Shown here piece after piece: positions 37,476 through 47,600 of a stretch of 64,000 nucleotides of DNA; within the stretch, counting starts at the first letter, position 1; each line of letters begins with the position of its first letter. The DNA comes from a virus (taxonomy: Duplodnaviria > Caudoviricetes). Position numbers and translations under genes: made by a program. The stretch lies in IMG/VR virus record IMGVR_UViG_3300048503_000032, positions 32,001 to 96,000 of that record; one strand, written 5' to 3'. Under the pieces are notes generated by a model that searched no databases, was not told the DNA's origin, and saw only the letters and a list, made by a program, of their open reading frames with translations.

Positions 37476-38591
37476 ATGCCTCTTCCCCGTTCTTTAACCC
37501 AGACTTTGCGGCAAGGACAGCTTACGGTTGGCGCTGGTTGGCGTGCATACTTCGCCCCATTCAATCAGGCGCTGGCGGTGACGATCAGTTCCACGATATC
37601 TGGCCCGACCATCTATGACTTGCAGGTGTTCGCCAAGTTTCTTGACGCGAACTTCTCGCCGGTACCGGGATGGTATGACCTGGCGTACACCGACAACTTC
37701 AAGTTCACGCCCGGTAGCAAGATGGGGAACGTCGTTACCGGCTATCGTGGAGCCATCCGTGCGAAGTATCGCGCAGAGGTCAGCGAGAAGCTGTCGTTCG
37801 AGTTCCAAGAGGTTTCCCGTTTGACGCTGGGCATCTCGACAGGCATGCAGGTTTTCAACATGCTGGCGACCACGGCGACGGCTTCCACTGTCGGCCCGCT
37901 GTCGGCATCCGGCACACCGGCTATCGCTATCGGTGCCAGCGGCTACAGTGCGACGGGATGGGCTGGTGCGACGGCGGGGTTGCCGACGTTGGCAGTTCCT
38001 GCGGGCAGCGGCGCATTGTTCCCGGCGCAGACGATGATCGTTTGCGATCAGGATTACAACACATCGAGTTTCGGATTCGTGGGAGACGCTGGCGCGAATG
38101 TGTTCCAGGGCGCAGTGACGAACGTCGACTTCATCCGTATGACTTCCGACTACGTCGCTCGGGTGGTGCAGGTGATTCCGGCAGCATCAAGTGGATTGAC
38201 CGGACAGGATGCGTTGGTTCTGAGCGCACCGTTCGTCGGCGGCGGCAACAACCCGCTGGGCGTTGCGAATGTGGCACCGAGCAGTGGGGCCAAGGTGCAG
38301 GCCATCACCGGGTACACGGCGCGCGAGGGCGGCAGCTACATCAGGGAGTGGAGTGCGATCTTCGCTCTGGACACTGTGGACGGATCGCAGATCCTGAAGT
38401 ACTATCCGCGGGTTGCGCCGGACACATCGGCAGGCTTGACGAGCAAGGCTTTGGCGGGTGCGACCAGCTTGCAGCAGTCGGGTATGAGCTGTGCGCTTGA
38501 CGCGATGGCGTTCGACGATCCGCTGGACGGCGAGACTGTGGTGAGCTACACGGCGTACTTCCCACACGCCAACACCACGCCGCAGATCTAA
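37476..38591 (+). CDS. major tail (tube) protein
   Basis: Strong RBS, biased codons, followed by a hairpin, chaperones and tape measure. Confidence 0.75.
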   Translation: MPLPRSLTQTLRQGQLTVGAGWRAYFAPFNQALAVTISSTISGPTIYDLQVFAKFLDANFSPVPGWYDLAYTDNFKFTPGSKMGNVVTGYRGAIRAKYRAEVSEKLSFEFQEVSRLTLGISTGMQVFNMLATTATASTVGPLSASGTPAIAIGASGYSATGWAGATAGLPTLAVPAGSGALFPAQTMIVCDQDYNTSSFGFVGDAGANVFQGAVTNVDFIRMTSDYVARVVQVIPAASSGLTGQDALVLSAPFVGGGNNPLGVANVAPSSGAKVQAITGYTAREGGSYIREWSAIFALDTVDGSQILKYYPRVAPDTSAGLTSKALAGATSLQQSGMSCALDAMAFDDPLDGETVVSYTAYFPHANTTPQI

Positions 38592-38615
38592 TCGGCGGCG
38601 AAGACGGATAGGTGG

Positions 38616-38645
38616 GAGGGTGCGGGGCGGAAGCCGCACCCTCTT
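38616..38645 (+). terminator. hairpin, probable terminator
   Basis: GAGGGTGCGG/CCGCACCCTC stem; weak U-tract. Confidence 0.6.
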
Positions 38646-38690
38646 GCCGTATGATGTGGTACGACTTATATCTTACTGAGGAGTACGACT

Positions 38691-39407
38691 ATGGATGCGA
38701 ATTGCGATGAGACCTTTACTCCGACCCCGGAGCAAATTGAGCAGGCACTCGCCGACGACCCGTCGGATGTTGAAGAGCTTGCGGTACTGACCACCCCAGA
38801 AGAAAAAGCCATCGGAGCCAAGTTGCTGCCAGCTTTGACAGCGAAGATTCGCGCACAGGCCCAGGCCGATGCTGCGAAGGAGATGGCTCTCAAGGTGACG
38901 GAACTGGTCGCCAACAACACACGGATGATGGAAGACGAGATTAAGAAGCTGCGCGAGTCCATCAAGCCGCCGAACCCGCAAGAGGTTGAGAAGCTGCTGT
39001 CTCAGGACTACGGCGAGATGATGGTTGAGATTGCCGGTCGTAAATCCAAAGAGAAGAAGACGTTCACTCTGCGCGAGCTTCCACAGTCGTCAGAGAAGCA
39101 GATGTTTGACATCATTCAGAAGCGGGTGTTGCCGCATCTGAAGGAGCTTGCTGCGGTTGAGTGGGCAGCGGCCGCGACACAGGGTGAGAAGTTGCAGAAG
39201 GTGCTGACCATCATTCCTGACGGCTTGGACATGCTGGCTGAGTGCTGTGCGATCTGCCTTGACCCGTTCAAGGAAGAGGGCATCACGGTGGACTGGGTTC
39301 AGGCGAATATGGGATCGGCGAGGATTTTGAATATCGTGGAAGCGCAGTTGGAGGTTTCCAAGATCCGGGATTTTGGCTCGGCGGTTTATCGTCTATTACC
39401 CCAGTAG
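38691..39407 (+). CDS. tail assembly chaperone (gpG-like)
   Basis: Between major tail and tape measure; FTLRELP motif; slippery site near the 3' end. Confidence 0.7.
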   Translation: MDANCDETFTPTPEQIEQALADDPSDVEELAVLTTPEEKAIGAKLLPALTAKIRAQAQADAAKEMALKVTELVANNTRMMEDEIKKLRESIKPPNPQEVEKLLSQDYGEMMVEIAGRKSKEKKTFTLRELPQSSEKQMFDIIQKRVLPHLKELAAVEWAAAATQGEKLQKVLTIIPDGLDMLAECCAICLDPFKEEGITVDWVQANMGSARILNIVEAQLEVSKIRDFGSAVYRLLPQ

Positions 39408-39805
39408 CCGACGCTGAGGATGGGGTAGGCCGCAGTGCGATGCCAGCAGTGGCGGCGGCTGCATCGTGGATGGAGGCGCTTAACATGCCATCACGAGAAA
39501 TCCGCCGTCGGTTTACCAGGTCGGATATGGCCATCATGGGATGGCGGTCGGCAGAGATGTCTGCGAACATGCGTGATAAAACTGTTCGTAAGGCTCCGCT
39601 CCCGTCTAGCATGGATGGTGAAACCTACGGGAACGGGATGGAGAATGTCGATCACGACGAGGTGTTGAAGAAGATTGAGGATCGGCTCGGAGGGATTGTC
39701 TATAAGATGTGCGACGAGCGTGGCGAGATTGATCTACGGAGATTGACGGGAGACGAAGCCTGCGTTTATTTGAACGCGATAGGCGTTCCCGTTATTCGCA
39801 TGTGA
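39368..39805 (+). CDS. tail assembly chaperone extension (gpT-like), reached by -1 frameshift
   Basis: G GAT TTT at 39368-39374; the -1 frame is open from 39374 through ORF 39440-39805. Confidence 0.65.
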   Translation, partial: GFWLGGLSSITPVADAEDGVGRSAMPAVAAAASWMEALNMPSREIRRRFTRSDMAIMGWRSAEMSANMRDKTVRKAPLPSSMDGETYGNGMENVDHDEVLKKIEDRLGGIVYKMCDERGEIDLRRLTGDEACVYLNAIGVPVIRM

Positions 39806-39812
39806 GGGTGGG

Positions 39813-42800
39813 ATGGCAGCTGAAGGCGGAGTAACGAATCTGCTCATGTCTATGGGACTCGATCTGAGTCCTGTAAAGGCTGCTGCGGAGACAATCAAGA
39901 CGACGCTGAGCGGATTGAATACTCTGGCAGCTCAGGTGCAGGCTACAGCTACGGCAGCGGCCAAGGGCCAGAGCGCGGAGATGAAGGAGCTGGAGACTCA
40001 TGCTCGGGCATCTGTGCTTGCTGCCAAGGAAGCCATCTCTCAGGAGAACGTAAAAGCGGCAGCTATCAGGACTCAGAATCTGGAGCTGACTCAGCAGGCC
40101 ACTGCGCAGAAGGCGATAGCAGCGGAAGCTCAGGCTTCGGTAGTCATCGAGCGCGCGAAGACTGCTGAGATTACGCGGCAGACGGCTGAGCTTCGGTTAC
40201 AGGCTCTACAGCAACGTGCGGCTACTGCTGCGGGGGGTGGCGGGGCATCAGGTGGGGTCGCAGGGGCGCTAGGCGGGCTTGGCGGGCAGGTCAGTAAGGG
40301 TTTGCTGGGTTCTGGGCTTGCTGGCGGCGTGGCGGGCGGTCTGCTGGCCGGTGCGGGGGTCGCTGGGTTGATCGTAGCGGCGGGATCTGCGCTCGAGGGG
40401 TTTCTAGCGAAGATGAAGGAGGTTACGCTTGAGTCGGGCAAGCTGACGATCCTTGAGGATGTGTTCCAGGGCTTGGCCCGCGGCGCTGGGGTAGACGCGA
40501 CTGCGATGATGCAGAAGATGCAGACGGCTACAGAGGGACTGGTATCTAAGACGACCCTTTTGAAGGCTGCGAACACCGAGTTGCGTTCCCCGTTGCATCT
40601 GACGACTGACCAGATCGGGCAGTTGATGACCAGCGTGACCAAGCTGTCCGAGGCCGCGGGCAATACTGCGGAGACAGGTATCACGCGTTTGAATATGGCG
40701 TTCTTGCGCGGACGTCCGATGATTCTTTCGACAGTGCTCGGGGTGCAGGGTCTGCGCGATGTGATGCGCGACATGCCTCCTGGACTGAGTGCGGCGGAGC
40801 GCACTACGATTCAGTGGACGCGCGCACTGAAGATTCTCAACGATCAGGCGGCGAAGCTGGGAACTTTGCCGGTGACGCTTGAGCAAGTGGAGACCCGTCT
40901 TCATGTAGCAGTGCAGAATATGGAGATGGGATTCGGGATGGAGCTTGGCCAGTCTACTGGGATGAAGTCGTTCATGAAGGTTTTGGATGACTTGTCTTTG
41001 AAGTTCGGCGGCATGGAGGGGTTGGGTAGGAAGCTAGGCGATACGTTGGGTGATGTGTTTGGCAAACTCGGAGTTGCTGTCCAGTTTGTAGAGAAGAACT
41101 TCGAGACTTTGAAGACGGTTTTGAGCGCGGTTGTAGGGCTTGGTATTACCTACATGTTTGTATCGATGGGAGCTTCTCTGCTCGCGTTGATTCCTAAGAT
41201 CGGATTATTGATTGACGGACTTGACGGAATAAGAGCAGCTTTTACGGCTATAGGTTTTACTCCTATAGGACTTGCGATCACGGGCGTGACTCTCGCGGTC
41301 TACGGAGCATACAAAGGTTTCGATATGCTCAGAGAGAGCTTGTCGAAGACGGTAGGAGAGTCCGTGAGTTGGGGCGAGATGCTGACTGGCATTCTCGACA
41401 AGATCAAGCAGATCGGAACGTCGGGTAACAAATCGCTCAATCAGATCATCGCAGAGAATAAAGCGGCATCAAAGCCGGCCCCTACTGCCAGCGACAGAAT
41501 CGGGGATATTGAAAAAGAGAGAGTAGCGGCTCAGGATGCGTATGACGCCAAGGATGGCAAGAGCAAGATGGCCAAAGACGCAGCTCTACTGGCAGCCAAG
41601 ACAGCTATAGCGGCTAAGGAGATAGCTCTTGCCAAGACTGTATCAGGCGAAAACATAGCCGCAGCGGATGAGGCGTATCACCACAACCTGGATAATCTAA
41701 GTGCAGAGTACAACGCCAAGTATGACGCACGCCAGAAAATGTCGGCTGAGGATAAGAAGGCGGCGACGGTTAAGTATCTGGCAGATGCGAAAGCGATACA
41801 GGAAGCTCACGATACGGCAGTAAAGGCGGCTCCGGTTACGGTAGCTGATCTCTTTAAGACCATCGCTCCAAACACCCCACCGAGCACTGGGCCGACTGCA
41901 CAGCAGAAGACCAAGGACGCTCAGGCTGATTTACAGAAGCAGCTCGACGCAGTTAAGCATCAGTTGGAGGCGAAGAAGGACGCGATTGCCGAAAGTAAGG
42001 CTTTGGATGATGAGGCATATAAGTATGAGTCGGAATCGCTAGAAAAGCACTATGCCAACATGCGACAGATTGCGGATGATAGCCGCGACGCAGAAAAGGT
42101 GGCAGCCAAGAAGACGTTTGAGGCGAAGAAGGCCGACTTGGATGCGACCCGCACTTCATCGGGAATGGACGCTAAGGTTTACAACGATAAGCTGGCGACT
42201 TATGAGCAGGATTTGACGGACGCATACCGGAAGGCCAATCACACTCGGTACATGGCCGAGATTCAGGATGAGGACGCACACCAGAAGGACTTGCAGGAGA
42301 TTCGCAGCAAGGCGATACAGAACACACTCAAGAATCAGGGGAAAGAAAACGCGCGCAAAGAGGACGCTCTACAGAGTTCCTTTGGGCAGGGAGAGGTAGA
42401 TCCTCAAGATTATTTACAGCAGCAGTTTGCGCTAATAGATGAGATGAAGCAGCATAAAATAGACGCCGCGAACGCTGCGTTTGACGTAGATATGGATCAT
42501 GCTACTAGATTGCAGACTAAGGAGCAGGCTATCTTCGACGCCGAGGAGGAGGCGAGGCTGAAGAAGCAGAAGGAGGAAGAGGAACAGGGACAGAGAGCAT
42601 TGTCGTATGTGGATAAGAAGTTCCAGCCGCAGCAGGCGGCGATCACGGCGCAGATCTCAGGGCTTCAGCCTGGTCAGAATCCAAACGAATTGCAGCGGCA
42701 GATGGCTGACTTGCTGGCGAAGGAGCGTGTGGAGCTGGAGCAGATGCTTCAAGACCCGGCTTTACGACAGTTCTCCGACGGATGGAATCAGGTTTACTCG

Positions 42801-44699
42801 AAGATGGAGCAGGTTTATTCGCAGCAGCAGAAGTATAACGACGAGCTGCGCAAGTCGGCGGATTTGATGACGCCCCTTGCCGATGGGTTGAAGAGTGTGT
42901 CAGGATTATTGGACTCGATATGGTCATCCAAGTTTGTGAAGGGGTTGTCGGCTAGTTTGTCGGGCGGTATCGCTGCGTTGCAGGGATCGCAGAAAGCTGG
43001 CACACAGATTCGAGAAGCGCTACATCCGGGGAGTACGACAGTTCCGAAAGACCCGCAGATGCAGGCATTGGAAAATGCGGCGCGGTCGGCGGCTAACACC
43101 TTTGGAGGGGTTCAGACCAGTGCTGACAAGTTGGTAGACTCTCTTAACAGTGTGACAGCCGCGGCAACTGCTACAGCCGCGGCTTTGAGCGCAAAAGCAG
43201 GGGACAGCTCGATTACTAACGCGACGATAGGTGGCACGCAGCAGACTCCACAGACCGCGCAGCAGACCACGCAGCATCCCCCGCAGCAGACCACGCAGCA
43301 GACTCCGCAGCAGACCACGCAGCATCCCCCGCAGCAGACCACGCAGCAGACTCCACAGACCGCGCAGCAGACTCCGCAGCAGACCACGCAGCAGACTAAG
43401 TCGATGTCGGGATCGAGCGCAAGCGGCGATGCTTCGGGATCAGGAACACCGAGTGCGACGGATCGGTTTACTAATGGGCTGATAGCCGCGACAGGAGAGA
43501 TTACAAGTTTTGCTGATGCGTTGCATCATTCGTCATCGGCCCTGGGCGGTGCTGTTGGTGGTGCTGCCGGCGGAGCCGGGATTGGTAGTACGATTTCTGG
43601 CGCGCTTGGTGCGGCAGGGCCGTTCGGCGCGATAGCCGGAGCCGTGGTTGGCGGTGTGATGGGCGCAATATCAGGTCATAAGAATGCAGAGATGTCCAGT
43701 GAGCTGAGTCAGATGAACTCTCAGTATACGTCGCTCATGGACGCTTTCCATGCCAACACCGATAATCTTCAGGTGACCATCAACGAGTTACAGAACTTGA
43801 TGGCGGAGGCGGCGGAAGAGCAGGCCAATTCTAAGAAGGGCGGACAGGCGTTCGGATCTTTGATCTCGCAGTATAGTCAGGAGCTGTCTCAGTTGCAGGA
43901 TCAGCAGTCGTCGATTATCTCCAGCCTTGAGACGCAGCTGGCCATCTTCGATACGCCGACAGGGATGCAGCAGTTCCTGACCAATCTGGACACCATCATT
44001 CAGCAGTACGATAAGTTTGCCGGCGCTGCGGAGAATGCGTCGCAGTTGGCACAGGCTAATTCCTGGTTGACGGATAGTTTGTCGAGCTACACGGCGCAGA
44101 TGGAGAACACGTTTGTCAATGATGAGGAAGGCGGCATCAGCGACGCATTGCAGTTGAATAGCCTACTTTCAGAGCGTTCGACAATGATCAGTCAACTTGG
44201 CAACTCTATCCAGAATGTTTTGGAGCAGGGAGTGTTAACTCGCCAGCAGACTGGAGCGCAGAAGAAGGGACAGCAGATTTATCAGTTGGAGTCGGCGGCC
44301 AGCTTGCAGATGACCAGTATCAACAACGAGATTTCACTTGAGACTTATAAGGTGGGCATCGAGACATCGCTTTATAATCTCGGCATGACTTCGATGGCGT
44401 TGCAGGGACAGTTGCTGGTATTGCAGGAGGCTCAGGCTTCGCAGTCACTGGCCAGCATCAGTGCTTTGCAGACTCTCATGGATACGTTGAATGGCGGCGG
44501 GTATTCTGGTACGTTGTCTTCGATTCTTACCTTGCTCGGGTATGGCGCAGCGGCTGGGAATATTCCAGCCGGCACTACGACGAGTCCTTATGGGCCGATT
44601 GGTGGTACGCCTATCGGTGGATTGGATGCGCTGGTATCGGCTGCGTACCAGTCGAGAGCTACGTTGGGATATGCAGGGTTCAGAGGTTCCAACATCTGA
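39813..44699 (+). CDS. tape measure protein
   Basis: 1628 aa, Ala/Gln/Lys-rich helical with Gly-rich hydrophobic segments; canonical position. Confidence 0.9.
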   Translation: MAAEGGVTNLLMSMGLDLSPVKAAAETIKTTLSGLNTLAAQVQATATAAAKGQSAEMKELETHARASVLAAKEAISQENVKAAAIRTQNLELTQQATAQKAIAAEAQASVVIERAKTAEITRQTAELRLQALQQRAATAAGGGGASGGVAGALGGLGGQVSKGLLGSGLAGGVAGGLLAGAGVAGLIVAAGSALEGFLAKMKEVTLESGKLTILEDVFQGLARGAGVDATAMMQKMQTATEGLVSKTTLLKAANTELRSPLHLTTDQIGQLMTSVTKLSEAAGNTAETGITRLNMAFLRGRPMILSTVLGVQGLRDVMRDMPPGLSAAERTTIQWTRALKILNDQAAKLGTLPVTLEQVETRLHVAVQNMEMGFGMELGQSTGMKSFMKVLDDLSLKFGGMEGLGRKLGDTLGDVFGKLGVAVQFVEKNFETLKTVLSAVVGLGITYMFVSMGASLLALIPKIGLLIDGLDGIRAAFTAIGFTPIGLAITGVTLAVYGAYKGFDMLRESLSKTVGESVSWGEMLTGILDKIKQIGTSGNKSLNQIIAENKAASKPAPTASDRIGDIEKERVAAQDAYDAKDGKSKMAKDAALLAAKTAIAAKEIALAKTVSGENIAAADEAYHHNLDNLSAEYNAKYDARQKMSAEDKKAATVKYLADAKAIQEAHDTAVKAAPVTVADLFKTIAPNTPPSTGPTAQQKTKDAQADLQKQLDAVKHQLEAKKDAIAESKALDDEAYKYESESLEKHYANMRQIADDSRDAEKVAAKKTFEAKKADLDATRTSSGMDAKVYNDKLATYEQDLTDAYRKANHTRYMAEIQDEDAHQKDLQEIRSKAIQNTLKNQGKENARKEDALQSSFGQGEVDPQDYLQQQFALIDEMKQHKIDAANAAFDVDMDHATRLQTKEQAIFDAEEEARLKKQKEEEEQGQRALSYVDKKFQPQQAAITAQISGLQPGQNPNELQRQMADLLAKERVELEQMLQDPALRQFSDGWNQVYSKMEQVYSQQQKYNDELRKSADLMTPLADGLKSVSGLLDSIWSSKFVKGLSASLSGGIAALQGSQKAGTQIREALHPGSTTVPKDPQMQALENAARSAANTFGGVQTSADKLVDSLNSVTAAATATAAALSAKAGDSSITNATIGGTQQTPQTAQQTTQHPPQQTTQQTPQQTTQHPPQQTTQQTPQTAQQTPQQTTQQTKSMSGSSASGDASGSGTPSATDRFTNGLIAATGEITSFADALHHSSSALGGAVGGAAGGAGIGSTISGALGAAGPFGAIAGAVVGGVMGAISGHKNAEMSSELSQMNSQYTSLMDAFHANTDNLQVTINELQNLMAEAAEEQANSKKGGQAFGSLISQYSQELSQLQDQQSSIISSLETQLAIFDTPTGMQQFLTNLDTIIQQYDKFAGAAENASQLAQANSWLTDSLSSYTAQMENTFVNDEEGGISDALQLNSLLSERSTMISQLGNSIQNVLEQGVLTRQQTGAQKKGQQIYQLESAASLQMTSINNEISLETYKVGIETSLYNLGMTSMALQGQLLVLQEAQASQSLASISALQTLMDTLNGGGYSGTLSSILTLLGYGAAAGNIPAGTTTSPYGPIGGTPIGGLDALVSAAYQSRATLGYAGFRGSNI
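43238..43396 (+). repeat. 12-nt tandem repeats in tape measure (QQTT/QQTP/QHPP)
   Basis: CAGCAGACCACG-like units. Confidence 0.85.
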
Positions 44700-47600
44700 T
44701 GCTAAGACTTACATACACGCTCGGAGGGCAGGAAGTAGACATCAGTAAGTATGTCGATTGGAAGTCTGTGAGCATCACTGAGGCGATCAATGTTCCGGCG
44801 CAGTTGAGCTTTAGCGCACAGAACTTTGATCCTGGGTTTCCGACTCCGGTGCAGCGCGCATATGTGAGACTGTATTCGACGAGATTCAATCGTAGCCTGT
44901 TTACTGGGTTCATCTCCAGCCAGCCGAATGTGGTATTTCAGGCTCTGCGCGCGCCGGGAGTGCAGTTGTTTCAGTATCAGGTACTTTGCACGTCGGACGA
45001 GCATCTGCTGAATATCAAGGCTGTTCCGTTTATCCCCGCTTTTGTCAATCAGACGCAGGGACAGGTGTTGAAGGGGATAGCTGATATTCTCTGCCCTGGA
45101 TTCTATGATACGACGATGGTGGCGTCTGGGGATATCGAGCCCTACTTCCAGTATGATCCGAATCAGAGTTGGTGCGAGCTTGCCAAGACATTTGGTGACG
45201 GCAGCCGCTACCGCTACAAGGTCAGGGACAAGCAGATTGTGTTTCAGCCTTACGGCGATGGGCCGCTCGGTATTGAGTACGACGAGTCGAAGAAGGATAG
45301 TACATTCGACCCGATGAGTAGCGGGATGTCGACTCAGGTGTTGGCTGTGCCGACCGTCAATGACATCACCATCATCGGTGCTGCGGAGGCAGGAAATAAT
45401 CGCGAGGACTATTTCATCGGTGACGGGTTCACCGGCAACTTCCCATTGCGGCATAAAGTTTTCAAGGGAGCTTCAACGCTGCTGTTGACGGATGATTGGA
45501 CAGAGGCACAGTTCAACACCCAGCAGTGGGTTACCAGCGATCCTGGGGAGCAGTTCAATCTAGGTGCTGGGGCGCTGAATCTTGTGAGCAGTTTTGCGTT
45601 GCCGCTAGGTCAGGCATACATCCAGATGAATAACGCTCTGGAGTTGGCAGGTGGCATCGACATTGAGCATGGTGAGTTCGGATGGAATGATTATTCGGTC
45701 GGGATTGTCGGCGGACTTTATACACAGGCACTCGATTCAGAGGCTCCGTACGCATCAGGGAATTGCCTGGCCGGGTTCTATATCTCCAGTCCGACTGGGG
45801 TTATCACCAGTGCATCGGGCGCGGCCGGCGTGTATATGCAGCCGACGTGGGAAGGACAGCCGGTTGGGGAGCCGATCGTATCGGAGGTCAATCACACTTA
45901 TGTATTGCAGACTGTGGTTACGGCTCCGCAGTATGTGAGGTATAACCGCTGGTATCGTTCGCTGGGTGGCAATGCTTACGGCGGAGTGGAGACGGCGGTC
46001 ACTGGCGACGTGACATTCATAGTTCAGGATTTCAATATCGCGGCGGCTACAGGGTTTTACTATCAGCCCAATATCACCAAGGTATCGGTGTCTGCGGTGA
46101 ACCTGCCCGCGTTTTGTGACTACGGATTCATAAATAACCAGCAGTTGAATCTGACAGTGAATTACACGACGTTGGCATTGATGCCTCTCGGATCTCTGTC
46201 GGCGTATGAAGGGCCGAGCGGTTTGTGGCAGCCGACGGGACTTATCCTGCCCATGCTTCCGCCGGGGAGTGGCGGATACATCGGGCCTGTTGCGTCGTGG
46301 CCAGCAGGAGCCAGCGGGAATATCTGGCCTCCTCCATTGATGCGGAACACGCTACCGCATCAGGAAGTGTTGGGGAACGGGTTTGAGTTGCAGACGGCAC
46401 AGGTGTCGCAGGGCAACGAGGCGGACACGTTGGCATTCTATGCGCAGACGCTACCGGCGGCTGGTACTCCAATTCGATTCCATTCGTTCGAGTCTCAGGC
46501 CGCGATCAGTCGTTTGCAGGCATCGGGGAGTATTGCTCAAGAGGCTTACATTGTCGGCGACAACGGGATTCGCTCGGCGATCATATCGAATTTGAATCCG
46601 CTTCCGCGGACGAGCGAGGACTGTGATGCGGCAGCTCAGGCTTATTTAGACGATAGAACGCAGGTGTTCTATAACGGAACATACAACTGCACTTCATATT
46701 TCTTCAACAACTTGACTTCAGACACACAGTTCTTCCCGACCTGCGGACGTTATCTGTATGTGAATTCTCCGGCGCGCGGAATCAGTAAGCAGTGGATGCT
46801 GGTGACCCAGCTGACGATCTCCGTGTTGGATGCAGTAGGGAATGCGCAGCATGGACTGGCAGGATTAGGTCAGGTGGGAGAGGTGCTGCATTTCTCTGTC
46901 GGTTTCGGTGCCGATTTGCACTTGGAGAAGGTGCTGTATAACTTCGTGGACATTCAGCCGACGAACGTGCTGACCAATACAGATACCGCGACTCCGCCGA
47001 ACCCGATGTACGACTATCAGATTGATAATGCGTATCAGCCAGACTTGAGTAGCATTCGGGTGAATCCGATTACTGATACTGAGGCTCAGGTGACGGTCTA
47101 TGATGCGATGGTTGCACCGATCGAGATCAGGCTTGAGGATGCGAACTGGGGACAGGGAGCGACTCCGGATTATGTGGGGACTGCTACGACGTCTAATTTC
47201 ACATTGGTGCGTCAGCAGTTCGAGCAGATTTGGTATATGCGGTTTGTTGATTCGACGACGGGAACATACAGCCGTCGTTCCAAGGTGGTGAGAATATATT
47301 ACCCGGTGACGCCGTTGGCACCGACGCTGCTATCGGCAGACTCGAATTTCTTGCAGTTCGATTTCAATGGCGATATTCGCAATGTGTATGGATTTGAACT
47401 GCGCACAGTAGAGAATGTGGTCACGCAGATCGGTACTACGGATGGTAGCGAATTCGGATGGCCGTCAGGTACCCCTATTTATGGGCCACCGACTTCGATC
47501 TATCGGAGGGCTTGGGGATTTCCGACAACTTATAATCAGGGCGATGTGGTTGTGAACGGGCCGGGATCTCCTGTTTATATTTCATTACAGTCGGGGAATC

